A stretch of DNA of 64,000 nucleotides from Candidatus Aminicenantes bacterium (GTDB taxonomy: Bacteria; Acidobacteriota; Aminicenantia; Aminicenantales; UBA8522). The position numbers were made by a program, and so were the translations under genes. The notes under the pieces were generated by a model. It was not told the DNA's origin and made no database searches. It was given only the letters and a program-made list of their open reading frames with translations. This document shows positions 1-10,032 of the stretch, in pieces. Positions within the stretch are counted from its first letter, which is position 1, and every line of letters starts with the position of its first letter. The DNA lies in NCBI GenBank assembly GCA_963726335.1, contig CAVSCD010000015.1:203790-267789 (forward strand), read 5' to 3'.

Positions 1-294
1 GATCACCACGGTGACCAGGAAAAACCAGCCCGCCCGGAGCCGGGCGCGCTCCACGAGCACCGACACCCCGATCAGGAAGCCGATGATCAGGATGACGCGC
101 AGGCTCTCGACGGCGAGCCGGGTCTCGTCGTAGCGGTCGAGGCGGCTCTGCCGGTACTCCTTCCCGCTGTCTTCCAGCAGCCGGCTGAGCGAGATCCTGG
201 AGAAGGTGCTCAGCGAGGCGTGAAACAGCGACAGTCCAAAGGCGCCCGCGAAGATCACGGCCAGCAGCGCCCACTCCCAGAAAGTTCCCGTCAT
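1..294 (-). CDS. CNNM/DUF21-domain membrane protein (CorC/TlyC hemolysin-like family), N-terminal fragment; gene continues past the left edge
   Basis: My translation of the minus strand from ATG 294..292 gives MTGTFWEWALLAVIFAGAFGLSLFHASLSTFSRISLSRLLEDSGKE... This is a hydrophobic DUF21-like N-terminus. Its position just downstream of ybeY matches the conserved phoH-ybeY-corC neighbourhood. Confidence 0.55.
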   Translation of the reverse strand, partial: MTGTFWEWALLAVIFAGAFGLSLFHASLSTFSRISLSRLLEDSGKEYRQSRLDRYDETRLAVESLRVILIIGFLIGVSVLVERARLRAGWFFLVTVVI

Positions 295-303
295 TTTCAG
301 GTC

Positions 304-717
304 CTATTTGTCCACGAGTTCCCGCCTCGCCTTGACTTCTTCCGCCTCGATTCCCCGGCCGTGGTCGAACCCCACCAGGTGGAGGAAGCCGTGGACCGTG
401 AGGTCCAGGATTTCGGTCTCCAGCCCGTGCGCCTCCCCCAGGCATTGGCGGAAGGCCTGCGGCACGCAGATGACGATGTCGCCGAGGTGAGCCCGGCCGG
501 CCGGTCCGGGATCGACTCCGGGAAAGCTCAGCACGTCGGTGGCGCCGGGGCGGTGCAGGAATCTGCTGTTCAGGTTCTTGATCGTGCGCGTGTCCACCAG
601 GGCCAGCGTGATATCCGGGGCATCGGGCCGATACTCGGCGAGAAGGGCCTCGAGGAGCCTGCGGACGGGCTTGAGGTTGACCCGGTAGCTATTCTGCTGA
701 TTGAGGACTTCGACCAT
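304..717 (-). CDS. ybeY: rRNA maturation endoribonuclease YbeY
   Basis: 137-aa ORF with the YbeY metal motif HGFLHLVGFDH and family-typical length. Confidence 0.9.
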   Translation of the reverse strand: MVEVLNQQNSYRVNLKPVRRLLEALLAEYRPDAPDITLALVDTRTIKNLNSRFLHRPGATDVLSFPGVDPGPAGRAHLGDIVICVPQAFRQCLGEAHGLETEILDLTVHGFLHLVGFDHGRGIEAEEVKARRELVDK

Positions 718-3052
718 TAGGCTTCCTGCCGTTCTCGGGCTTCTTCTTCTTTTTCATGGTGAAATCGAAACCCGGATACTCCACCCTGGGGTGATAGATC
801 GTGTACAGCGTATCGTGGAACGATGTCGCTATTGTCCGGAGCTCCCGCAGCGAGAAATCGGAATTGTCGAGCTGCCCGTCCTGGAGGTAGTTTTCGAAGA
901 TCTCGACGATGACCCGCTTCAGGCTTTCCTGGGAGACGGTCTTGAGGCTGCGCGAGGCCGCCTCGATCGAGTCGGACAGCATGATCAGGGCCGCCTCCTT
1001 GCTCTGGGGGGAAGGCCCCGGGTAACGGTAGCTCTCCTCCTCGATCTCCTGCATGTCCGGGTCGTAGGTCTCCTTGGCCTTGTGATAGAAATACCGGACG
1101 AGGGAGCTGCCGTGGTGCTGCTCGACCATCTCCCGGATCTTCTTGGGCAGCTTGAGCTTCCTGGCGATCTCCGATCCTTCCTTGACGTGGTTGATGATGA
1201 CCAGCTTGCTCAGGCTCGGCGCCATGTCCCTGTGCACGTCGGGGGTGCGGCTCATGTTCTCGATGAAGTACTCCGGCCGCTTGATCTTCCCGATGTCGTG
1301 GTAAAGTGCGCCCGCCTTGACCAGCATGCCGTCCAGGCCGATCTCCTCGGCGGCTTTCTCGGCCAGCGTGGCGACGACCAGGGAGTGATGATAGGAGCCG
1401 GGCGCCTCGATGGCCATCTGGCGGAAGATGGGCAGGTCGGAGTTCGTCAGCTCCAGGAGCTTGGCCTGGGTGACGAAATCGAAGACGCTCTCGGCCACGG
1501 GCAGGAGAAGGAAGGCGAGCGCCGCTCCGGCGATCCCGCCCAGGAGACCCATCAGGGACTGGACGGCCAGGACTCCACCGCGAGCTCGGCATTTCCCCGA
1601 TCATGGCGAAAATCAGGATGAGGAAGATATTGACGGGGGCGACGATGAACAGCCCCGCCTTCAGGGCCGAAGTCCGCCGCTGCCTCTTGTAGTACTTGAC
1701 GCCGTAGATCGCCGCCAGGCCTCCCAGAAAGCTGAAGAGGAGCAGGAGGTAGTTGTTCTGGAAGAGATAGCCGACGAGCAGGCTGTTGAGAATGCAAAAT
1801 ATCAGGCTGAGGGAGCTTGTGGACAGGAAGGCGAACAGGATGACCCCGAATTGGAAGGGGTAAGCGTACTGGTAGACCTCGGATTCGACACCGATCGAGA
1901 AGATGGGCCGGTCGCCCAGGATCCCGACAAACCCGCCGAGGAGCCGATAGACGAGCAGGGCGATGAGAAGCATCACGCCCATCATGGTGAAGATCCGCCC
2001 CGCCGGTTTGGCGCCGAGCAGCGATTTGAGGTAGAACCACAGGGTGACGAAGAGCAGGGCGAACAGGAGGAAGGTGCCGGCGAAGTTGAGGGTCCAGCCG
2101 CTTTTCTCCTGGAGGTGCTGGTTGATGAGGCCGACCCACTTGAGCGAGTCGGCCGTGGCTTCGTCGCCCTTGCGGATGATGACTTTGCCCTTCTTGATGC
2201 TGTAGAAGACGGTCTGGACCTGGCTCTCCGCCCGCTCCCGCCGGGCCTCGCTGTCCACCCTGTCGTAGGAGATGTTGGGGGCGAGGAAGAAATCGCTGAG
2301 CCGCTCGAGGACCCGCTTCTGCCGGCCGGGGATCTCGAGCCTGGCGACTTCAGCCCCGAATTGGTCCCGGCTCTCCTTGAGTTCCAGGATGTCGTCCACC
2401 CTGACGACGCTCTCGTTCCCCGGGCGGCGGAGGAGGGTGAACCCCCTTTCGGGCTCGCGGCGGATGAACAGGCTCTTGGAAACGACGATGCCCCGGGTCG
2501 AGACCTTGCCGATGAGGCTGATGAGCGTGTCCTGCAGCTCGGCCGAGAACTTTTCTCTGGCCAGCGATTCCAGGTCGCGGGCGGGGATCTCCAGGCCGTG
2601 CTGCTCCATGAGCTGCTTCTCGAGCTCGGCGACGTTCTGCCGCGAGGCCGGATGCCGCAGCCAGGCCTGACCGGCCTGGAAGACCTGGCGGATCCTCTCC
2701 TCGGTGTTAAGGAAAGCGTCTTCGTCGAAGATATAGACGGGGAGGACGGTCTCGGCGGCCTGCCTCTTCCGGGCGGCCGTGGTGATGCTGTCCTCGACGG
2801 TCAGGTCGATGGGAGAGATAAAGTCCGTCCGGGCGATTTCCCCCACCTCGATGGCGGGCAGTGTCCTCGAAGGCGTGTAGGACATGAAATAGGCCAGGAT
2901 GAGGACGAACGCCGACATCTGGAGGAATGGGTTCTGGGCGACCTTACGCCACGCCGGGAGGTTCTCCTGGTCGGCCTGCGGCTCCGCGCCGTTCTTGGGC
3001 GGGCGCGACGTCGGCCGCTTGAAGAGCTTCAGGCTCTTGAACGAAATGAAGT

Positions 3053-3056
<4 letters not shown>
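689..3056 (-). CDS. pgpH: 7TM-receptor/HD-domain phosphohydrolase, YqfF/PgpH family (cyclic-di-AMP phosphodiesterase-like); interrupted by one frameshift as assembled
   Basis: ORF 717..3056 gives an extracytoplasmic domain plus a multi-TM region, then turns into R/G/P-rich text after ...ILIFAMIGE. ORF 689..1552 in another frame continues with LMGLLGGIAGAALAFLLLP and an HD domain (HHSLVVATL, YHDIGK, EQHHG). The frames switch at about 1577..1589. Confidence 0.8.
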
Positions 3057-4009
<953 letters not shown>

Positions 4010-4078
4010 TTCAGGGTAAGGGGATTAAATCGGTGGTCATCGAGTAGCTCATACTTAACTATATCCGGAGGGGCTTTG

Positions 4079-5137
4079 TCAAGCCGGCCGCTGCTCCCAC
4101 GGGGCGAGCTTGTCGAGCCCGGAGGGCCGGGGATTGATCTCGAGGACGACGGGCCGGACCTTGCCGTCCGTCACCTCGAGAAGCAGGTCCACTCCGGCGA
4201 TGCGCAGTTTTTGCGGCAGGCCGGAATTGAATGCGGCCAGGGCCCGCACGGCGGCCGAGGGAAGACTCCGTGCTTCCTCATTGGTCAAGACAAGCCTGCG
4301 GAACCCAGCCGTCTCCCGGTAATAGAGATGGGCCATGGCCTCTGAGGGCGCGACGATCCGGCCCCCTTTTTCGGGCGAGGTGAGAGGCTCGTTTTCCGAG
4401 GCGCTGATCTCGGCAAAGCCCGAGTCCGCCTCGACCTCCGCCTCCGGCTGCCAGAGGAAAACCCTGAAGGTCACCGGGCGATAACCTCTTTCGTTTTCCT
4501 CACTTTTGTAATAGAAGACGTTTCCCCTGGCCTTCTTGACGATCACTTGCCGGTCCCGCAGGATGCCGGAGACGACCTCGGCCGTGAAATCGGGCGATTG
4601 CCGGAATTCATCGGCGGAAAAGAAATACGTCTCCCGGCCCTCGGTCCCCTCGTTGGGTTGAACATAAAAGCCGGAGGCATCATGCCGGGCCAGGAAACCG
4701 CTCAGCCGCCGGCTGATCCTCGAGTGATCGGACTTTCCGAGAAGGACGGACTCGGGGACAGGGATATTTTTCGCCGCCAGTCTTCGAATGGTCAAGTGCT
4801 TGTTGCCGGCCTTCCGGGAGCTCGAGTAGGGATTGAACAGGGCGACGTGCCTTCTTTGGAGGAGACTCGAGATCTCCCGATGGAAGGATCGCTCGGCGAA
4901 GGCGGGCAGGCTGAGGATGACGGCCTCCTCGAACAGGGGAGGCCGGCCCGATATGTCCTCCTCGATCTCGAATCGGTCGTTTACCGACCACGCCCGCCGG
5001 TCCTTTTTTTCCGGGCGCCAGGCGACCGCGATATATTTACGATGCCCGCCTCTTCGGAGTTCCCGGAGCTGGAAAAAGGACAGGACTTCCCTGATGTATT
5101 CCCGGTCGGTGCCATGGACGATGGCGAGCCTTTTCAC
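4079..5137 (-). CDS. ATP-grasp enzyme, RimK-like (alpha-L-glutamate-ligase-like fold); substrate unknown
   Basis: 352 aa. Carries the pre-ATP-grasp/ATP-grasp signature order AGNKHLTIRRLAAKNIPVPESVLL ... FYVQPNEGTEGR ... VVLEINPRPSGL (E-x-N metal motif). The GTG start overlaps the stop of the upstream giant ORF (GTGA at 5134..5137). Confidence 0.65.
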   Translation of the reverse strand: MKRLAIVHGTDREYIREVLSFFQLRELRRGGHRKYIAVAWRPEKKDRRAWSVNDRFEIEEDISGRPPLFEEAVILSLPAFAERSFHREISSLLQRRHVALFNPYSSSRKAGNKHLTIRRLAAKNIPVPESVLLGKSDHSRISRRLSGFLARHDASGFYVQPNEGTEGRETYFFSADEFRQSPDFTAEVVSGILRDRQVIVKKARGNVFYYKSEENERGYRPVTFRVFLWQPEAEVEADSGFAEISASENEPLTSPEKGGRIVAPSEAMAHLYYRETAGFRRLVLTNEEARSLPSAAVRALAAFNSGLPQKLRIAGVDLLLEVTDGKVRPVVLEINPRPSGLDKLAPWEQRPA

Positions 5138-8100
5138 ACCGGCAATTTTTCCTTGTACCGGCGGGCGCGCTGGCCCAGACAGTCGAAGATGGTGAAGACT
5201 CCCTCTCCTTTTCTTTCCGGCGGGAGACGGTCATTGTGCGGGCGCCACAGGCCCGCGCCGGGATTGGCTTCGATCTTGAACACGGTCAAGGCCGGCAGGG
5301 GATTTTTGTGCGCGTCGAACAGCCGGCGTTTTTTCCCTTGGGCGTCAAAAAGGGGCACGGGCAGCGGCCCACCGCTCCGATCCGTCCGCGCGACCTCATT
5401 CCCGGTTTCATCGAATATCTTCACCCGGGTGGGCCGGCCCCGGTCATCGAACAAGGGAAGAAGTCGTTCGGTTTCCGGGTCTAAGATCCGGCGGAGGTTA
5501 TCGTGCTCGTCGACCAGGAAGACCGGCATGTAGTCGCCCATCTCGTAGGGAATGCCGTTGCAGGGGAAACCCGTCAGGTCGGTAAAAACCTCCCGGTAAC
5601 GGACGCGGCCGGCGAATTCCGGATGGATCTTCAGGTAACTCTCGAGAACTTTCCGCCAGCTCCGCTCGAGATAGCGGGATTGATATGTCAGGCTGTCACG
5701 GGCCGCCCGGGTGATCTCCCGCCGCATGTCCTCCCGGTACCGGGGATCGATGATGTCGTCCGTGTACTCGTAGAGGAGTCCTCCCTGTCCCACGTTGGCT
5801 ACGCCCTGGGTGCTGACAACCGTGATGTTTTGGGAAACGACGAAACCGTCTTCGCCCAGAACCAAAGCCTGCCGGAAATACGAGTAGAGGGGAGTCAGGG
5901 GGTCCCGGTCCAGAAGCACCGGGATGCCGATCCGGGCGAAACGCTCCACCAGCGAGTCCAGGAATTGCGCTGAGTACAGCTGGCGCACCCGCGAGGGCAG
6001 GACTTCCTGGATAACGGCGTTGTCATTCTCGGAGATCTCGTAGACCAGGTCGGCCAGCGAATCGATATTCCCGGAGAGCCAGCGCCCGGCGCTCCGGACC
6101 GGCAGGATCAGCGATTTTCGTCCGCCGGATTCCTTTTCCGGCTTTACGATCAGTGTCTCGTGCCTGGCGGCCAGCCGCCGGATCTTCTTCTTGATGCCGG
6201 ACTTGGCCTCCGGGCCCTGCCTGGCGGTGTCTTCCAGGTACCAGTTCTCCTGGTCCGGAACCTTGACGCCGCTGCCTCGGAGCATGGCCGGCAATTCGCA
6301 TTTCAGATGGGTGGCGGCTTCCCAGATCAACGGCTGGATGATCGGGATCCCGAAGAAGTCGATCTCCGGCCTCAGGGGATGCGTGAAATGGAAAAAGAGC
6401 CCATGGAGGACTAGCGGGCGGTCGAAAACGGCCAGGACCAGCCCGGAAGCCGGTCCGCCGACCGGGGGGTGTTTCTCCCTGAATGCGGCCAGGTCGGAAG
6501 CCGGGGGATAGAAAAGCCCTTCCTTGACGGTCAGGATCTTCCGCCCGTTCTCTTCGGCCGGGATCGGGAAAGCGCTGAGAATCAGGTTGACACCGGATAC
6601 CTCGGCCAGCTTCGGTCCCTGTTCGAGTGCCACAGGTACCGTCGTATTGCCGTAGGGATAGATGATGCCGACGTTGGTCCGCCGGCCGGCCATCATCTCC
6701 TCCGGGGCCAGGCCGACGAAGATCTCCGGATAGCCGAATCCCTCATACTGAAGCACCACGACATCCCGGAGCCGGGCGTAGTGGAACCAGAAAAGCTCCT
6801 CCTCGGTCTCTCCGCGGACGCCGATGGCGGTGATGTTCCGGCCCGGGTCGCCTAGATAGAGGTCGCGATATTCCGCCGGCTGGTTCTGTAACGGGGTCTT
6901 GGTATCGATCAACCAGCGCAGCCGGGCGTACAGCCAACGGTGGAATCGTCCGGCCAAGGCGAACTTGTCGGACCGCGACAGCTTCTCCAGCGCCGCGGAC
7001 CGCTCCTTGTGGTAATGGTAAGGCAGGTAATCGAAGAGATGGTTATTGACCGTCCGGTCGAAGAACTTCGCGCAGGCGGAGTTGACCTCGTCCGGGGCGG
7101 AGCAGCAGCCGGTCCTGTCGAGGAGCAGAGCGATATCGCAGAGCTCCAGTCCCCGGCCGATGTCCTCGGTGAATGAGCGGTCGCCCGGTTTCAGGCCCGC
7201 CGCCGACGCCAGCCGGGTGGCGAGCGCCAGGTAATCCGCCTCGCTGATCTCTCCGCCGGAAAATACTTTTTCGATGAGGGACGGGATCCCGCGCCCGCCG
7301 ACCGCCAGCCGTTTGTCCAAGGACTCGATATATTTCCCGGCCGCCGCCAGAAAGGCGCCCTGTTCTTCGTTGGAGATATCCCGGTCGCCCGGGCCCAGGA
7401 TCTCTTTGGCTTGGGCATGGAGGGCGGCCAGGGACCGTCCGGGGAAAGCGGATTTGCGCCGGGCGGTGAAGGCGGCCGTCCGTTCCTGCAGATAGACGAG
7501 CTTCAGGTACTCTTTCTTTCGTGTTTCCCAGCGGGCCGCCCGCACCGTCTTCTCCTCCACCGCTTTGAGGGAGCCGGCGAGGCCCGTGGTGATTTCCCGG
7601 TAGCCGGCCGCCGTCGGCCGGAAGATCGGCCGGAAGACATGCCCGATGATCTTCAGGATCCGGGTCTCCGCGTAGCCCCGCCGCGCCGCGCCGCTCAGCT
7701 TGCGGCAGCTCGCCTCGAAGGCTTTATTCAGCTCGGCCAGCTCATCGGCGTCCTTCTTGCCGTTCACGAGATAAAGCCCGCCGAAGATCAGCCATTTTCC
7801 GAAATCGAGCTCCGCCAGGCTCTCGGGACCGGCCAGGCTGAAGTATGTATCGGCCGTGAAGCGGTCCCGTTCCGTCCACAGACCGAGCTTCTTCGCCTCG
7901 TCTTCCTCGTTGAGGACCGTCTCCAGCTTATCGGAGGCGGCGATATTCCGCCGGATCTCCGAGAGCCCCTGCTCAACTTCCCGGCGGTTTCCGCGCAGCA
8001 CGGCGTCAAGCAATTTGCCGCTCAAGGCCCTTTCTTCCCGCATTTCCCTCCGCCAGCCCTCGACCGTCTCCCGGCCGGTCCCCAGGCAGCCGTAAGAGGC

Positions 8101-10032
8101 TTTTTCATCCAGGGCGAAGAGTTCCTTCACTTTTCTCCGGGCGTTCGGCTGACGGAAAGCGAAGGCCGGGCGGCGGCCGCCGGAGGTGCCGTCGGCCAGC
8201 ACCAGGGCGGAGGACGGCCGGGCTTTCTTCATCAGGAAAAGAAGCTCGGGCAGGTTGTCGATGAGCTCCAGGAGCTCCGGGTCGGGAATTCCCAGATCGA
8301 CGAAATCGACTCCCTGAACGGCTTCCCGGTAGGAAGCGAACGGACCCCTTTTCTCCGTGACCAGCAGATGGATCTTGCCGTCGAGATCGCGCCGGACTTT
8401 CTCCAGTTCGCGTTTCGGCCTGTCCCGCAGGCCCACCCAGCGCCTCAGGTTGCCGCCGTAAACCGCGGCATTGGTCCGGATGATGTCATCATCAAGACCC
8501 AGGTCCTTCAAATAGTCGTCGACCCGGTTCTTGACCTCTTCCAGACCGGATTCCGGGACATGGTTCAGGATGTCGGAGCCGGTGCACCGGCCGACGATCC
8601 TGATGTCTCCGGGAGGGACGAAGCGCTCGAACATCTCGCCGATGATCCGCCGGCCCTCGGGGTCCAGGTCAAGGAGGATGTGTTCAGCGGCCGTTTTCGC
8701 GTAGATCTCCAATTTGCGGCTCCCGGCGCTGAATCTCACGTCGGAAACCGGCGTCAGCCGCCCGTCTTCAAGCTCCCCCTCCTTGTAGTTGGCGGTCATG
8801 ACGCCGATCAGGTCTTCGTCGGCGGCGATCCGGGGATCCCGCCGGCGGGCCTCCTCGAGCAGGCCGTAGATCAGCTTCACTTTCCTGAATGGGCCGGTGC
8901 GGTTGATCTCTTCGAGCCCTTGGGCCTTCTTGTTCACCCAGCTCGTGAAGCGGTATTCCAGGTCCCGGGCTTTCTCGTCGCCGGCGGTGAGGATGCCCAT
9001 GCGTTCGAGCGTCCGGCCGATCTGCGGCAGGCGCGCCAGACAGGCCGGCCCGCCCAGGATCCGGAAATACTCCGGGTAGCGCCGGTGAAGATGGGCGGCC
9101 GCCCGGTCTTCCCAGTCCAACTCGGAGGCGCATTCCGGCCGCCAGGAGAGAGCCTCGCGCAGGTCGGCCTTGACCGCGTCCTGGATTTTCTCGGGGATGC
9201 CGAACGAAGCCAGCATCCGGGCCGAGACTTCCCTGTCGACGCAGGCGTTGATCACGGCGTAGAGAAGGCTGAACTCCTTCGGCACGCAGAATCCGCCGTA
9301 GGTCTCTCCGGACGGAAGCACCATCCGGTCGCCGCGCATATTCCACTGGTTCCGGAAGAACTCGAAATCGCCGATCTTCAGGGCGTCCAGGTTGATCCCG
9401 GCGGTGAGCGACAGATAATACGGTCCGCCGCGGGAGAAGAAATTCTCGCCCACCTTCAGGAACTCGGCCATCCGGGTGGAGGGGACGGCCGTGGGCCCGG
9501 CGACATTATAGAGCCGGTAGAGGTCGCGTCCGGCGAGCGCCGAAAATTCGTCGATGCCGCCGACCCATTTCGGGATATCCTGGACCGAATGAACTTCCCG
9601 GGCGCCCAAATCCACCCGGCTCGGCGTGTAGAGCAGATTGTATTTTTTGTAGGGCCCGGCGGCCTCGTAGCGGAGAAGCGGGTTGTCGAGCTCCGGCAAG
9701 AGCCCGTCCTCGACGACCACTTCCTTCCTGGCGTTGATCCGGGAATACGTCGGACTCAGGTAGCTCTTGAGAAATCCGCCGATCTTCTCCTCGAGACCGT
9801 ACTCTTTAATCAACTGGAGCCGGGTATCCTGCAGCAGCCGGACTTCCTCCTCTTCCAGCGCGTCCGATCCCAGGCGGGCGGCCAGCCCGGGTGCCGAGGC
9901 GGCCAGCCGTTCCAGGACACATTCCGGCTCCCGGGCCGCCAGGCCGGGGGAATCGATGCCGTTTCCTTCGCGGCCCAACAGCAGGGCCAGGGCGGCGGCC
10001 TGTCTTCCCGCCTCGGGAAAGGCGAAGAGCAC
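5134..10032 (-). CDS. giant uncharacterised protein (1632 aa as called) with a C-terminal ATP-grasp-like module
   Basis: Uninterrupted ORF with balanced amino-acid composition. The last ~450 aa show ATP-grasp motif order: ETLIVKPEKESGGRK, AVIQEVLP, VANVGQGG, FKIEANPGAGLW. I recognise no family in the first ~1150 aa and see no obvious TM segment or signal peptide. The only in-frame start is GTG at 10032, and the frame stays open upstream to the TAG at 10125..10123. Confidence 0.7.
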   Translation of the reverse strand: MLFAFPEAGRQAAALALLLGREGNGIDSPGLAAREPECVLERLAASAPGLAARLGSDALEEEEVRLLQDTRLQLIKEYGLEEKIGGFLKSYLSPTYSRINARKEVVVEDGLLPELDNPLLRYEAAGPYKKYNLLYTPSRVDLGAREVHSVQDIPKWVGGIDEFSALAGRDLYRLYNVAGPTAVPSTRMAEFLKVGENFFSRGGPYYLSLTAGINLDALKIGDFEFFRNQWNMRGDRMVLPSGETYGGFCVPKEFSLLYAVINACVDREVSARMLASFGIPEKIQDAVKADLREALSWRPECASELDWEDRAAAHLHRRYPEYFRILGGPACLARLPQIGRTLERMGILTAGDEKARDLEYRFTSWVNKKAQGLEEINRTGPFRKVKLIYGLLEEARRRDPRIAADEDLIGVMTANYKEGELEDGRLTPVSDVRFSAGSRKLEIYAKTAAEHILLDLDPEGRRIIGEMFERFVPPGDIRIVGRCTGSDILNHVPESGLEEVKNRVDDYLKDLGLDDDIIRTNAAVYGGNLRRWVGLRDRPKRELEKVRRDLDGKIHLLVTEKRGPFASYREAVQGVDFVDLGIPDPELLELIDNLPELLFLMKKARPSSALVLADGTSGGRRPAFAFRQPNARRKVKELFALDEKASYGCLGTGRETVEGWRREMREERALSGKLLDAVLRGNRREVEQGLSEIRRNIAASDKLETVLNEEDEAKKLGLWTERDRFTADTYFSLAGPESLAELDFGKWLIFGGLYLVNGKKDADELAELNKAFEASCRKLSGAARRGYAETRILKIIGHVFRPIFRPTAAGYREITTGLAGSLKAVEEKTVRAARWETRKKEYLKLVYLQERTAAFTARRKSAFPGRSLAALHAQAKEILGPGDRDISNEEQGAFLAAAGKYIESLDKRLAVGGRGIPSLIEKVFSGGEISEADYLALATRLASAAGLKPGDRSFTEDIGRGLELCDIALLLDRTGCCSAPDEVNSACAKFFDRTVNNHLFDYLPYHYHKERSAALEKLSRSDKFALAGRFHRWLYARLRWLIDTKTPLQNQPAEYRDLYLGDPGRNITAIGVRGETEEELFWFHYARLRDVVVLQYEGFGYPEIFVGLAPEEMMAGRRTNVGIIYPYGNTTVPVALEQGPKLAEVSGVNLILSAFPIPAEENGRKILTVKEGLFYPPASDLAAFREKHPPVGGPASGLVLAVFDRPLVLHGLFFHFTHPLRPEIDFFGIPIIQPLIWEAATHLKCELPAMLRGSGVKVPDQENWYLEDTARQGPEAKSGIKKKIRRLAARHETLIVKPEKESGGRKSLILPVRSAGRWLSGNIDSLADLVYEISENDNAVIQEVLPSRVRQLYSAQFLDSLVERFARIGIPVLLDRDPLTPLYSYFRQALVLGEDGFVVSQNITVVSTQGVANVGQGGLLYEYTDDIIDPRYREDMRREITRAARDSLTYQSRYLERSWRKVLESYLKIHPEFAGRVRYREVFTDLTGFPCNGIPYEMGDYMPVFLVDEHDNLRRILDPETERLLPLFDDRGRPTRVKIFDETGNEVARTDRSGGPLPVPLFDAQGKKRRLFDAHKNPLPALTVFKIEANPGAGLWRPHNDRLPPERKGEGVFTIFDCLGQRARRYKEKLPV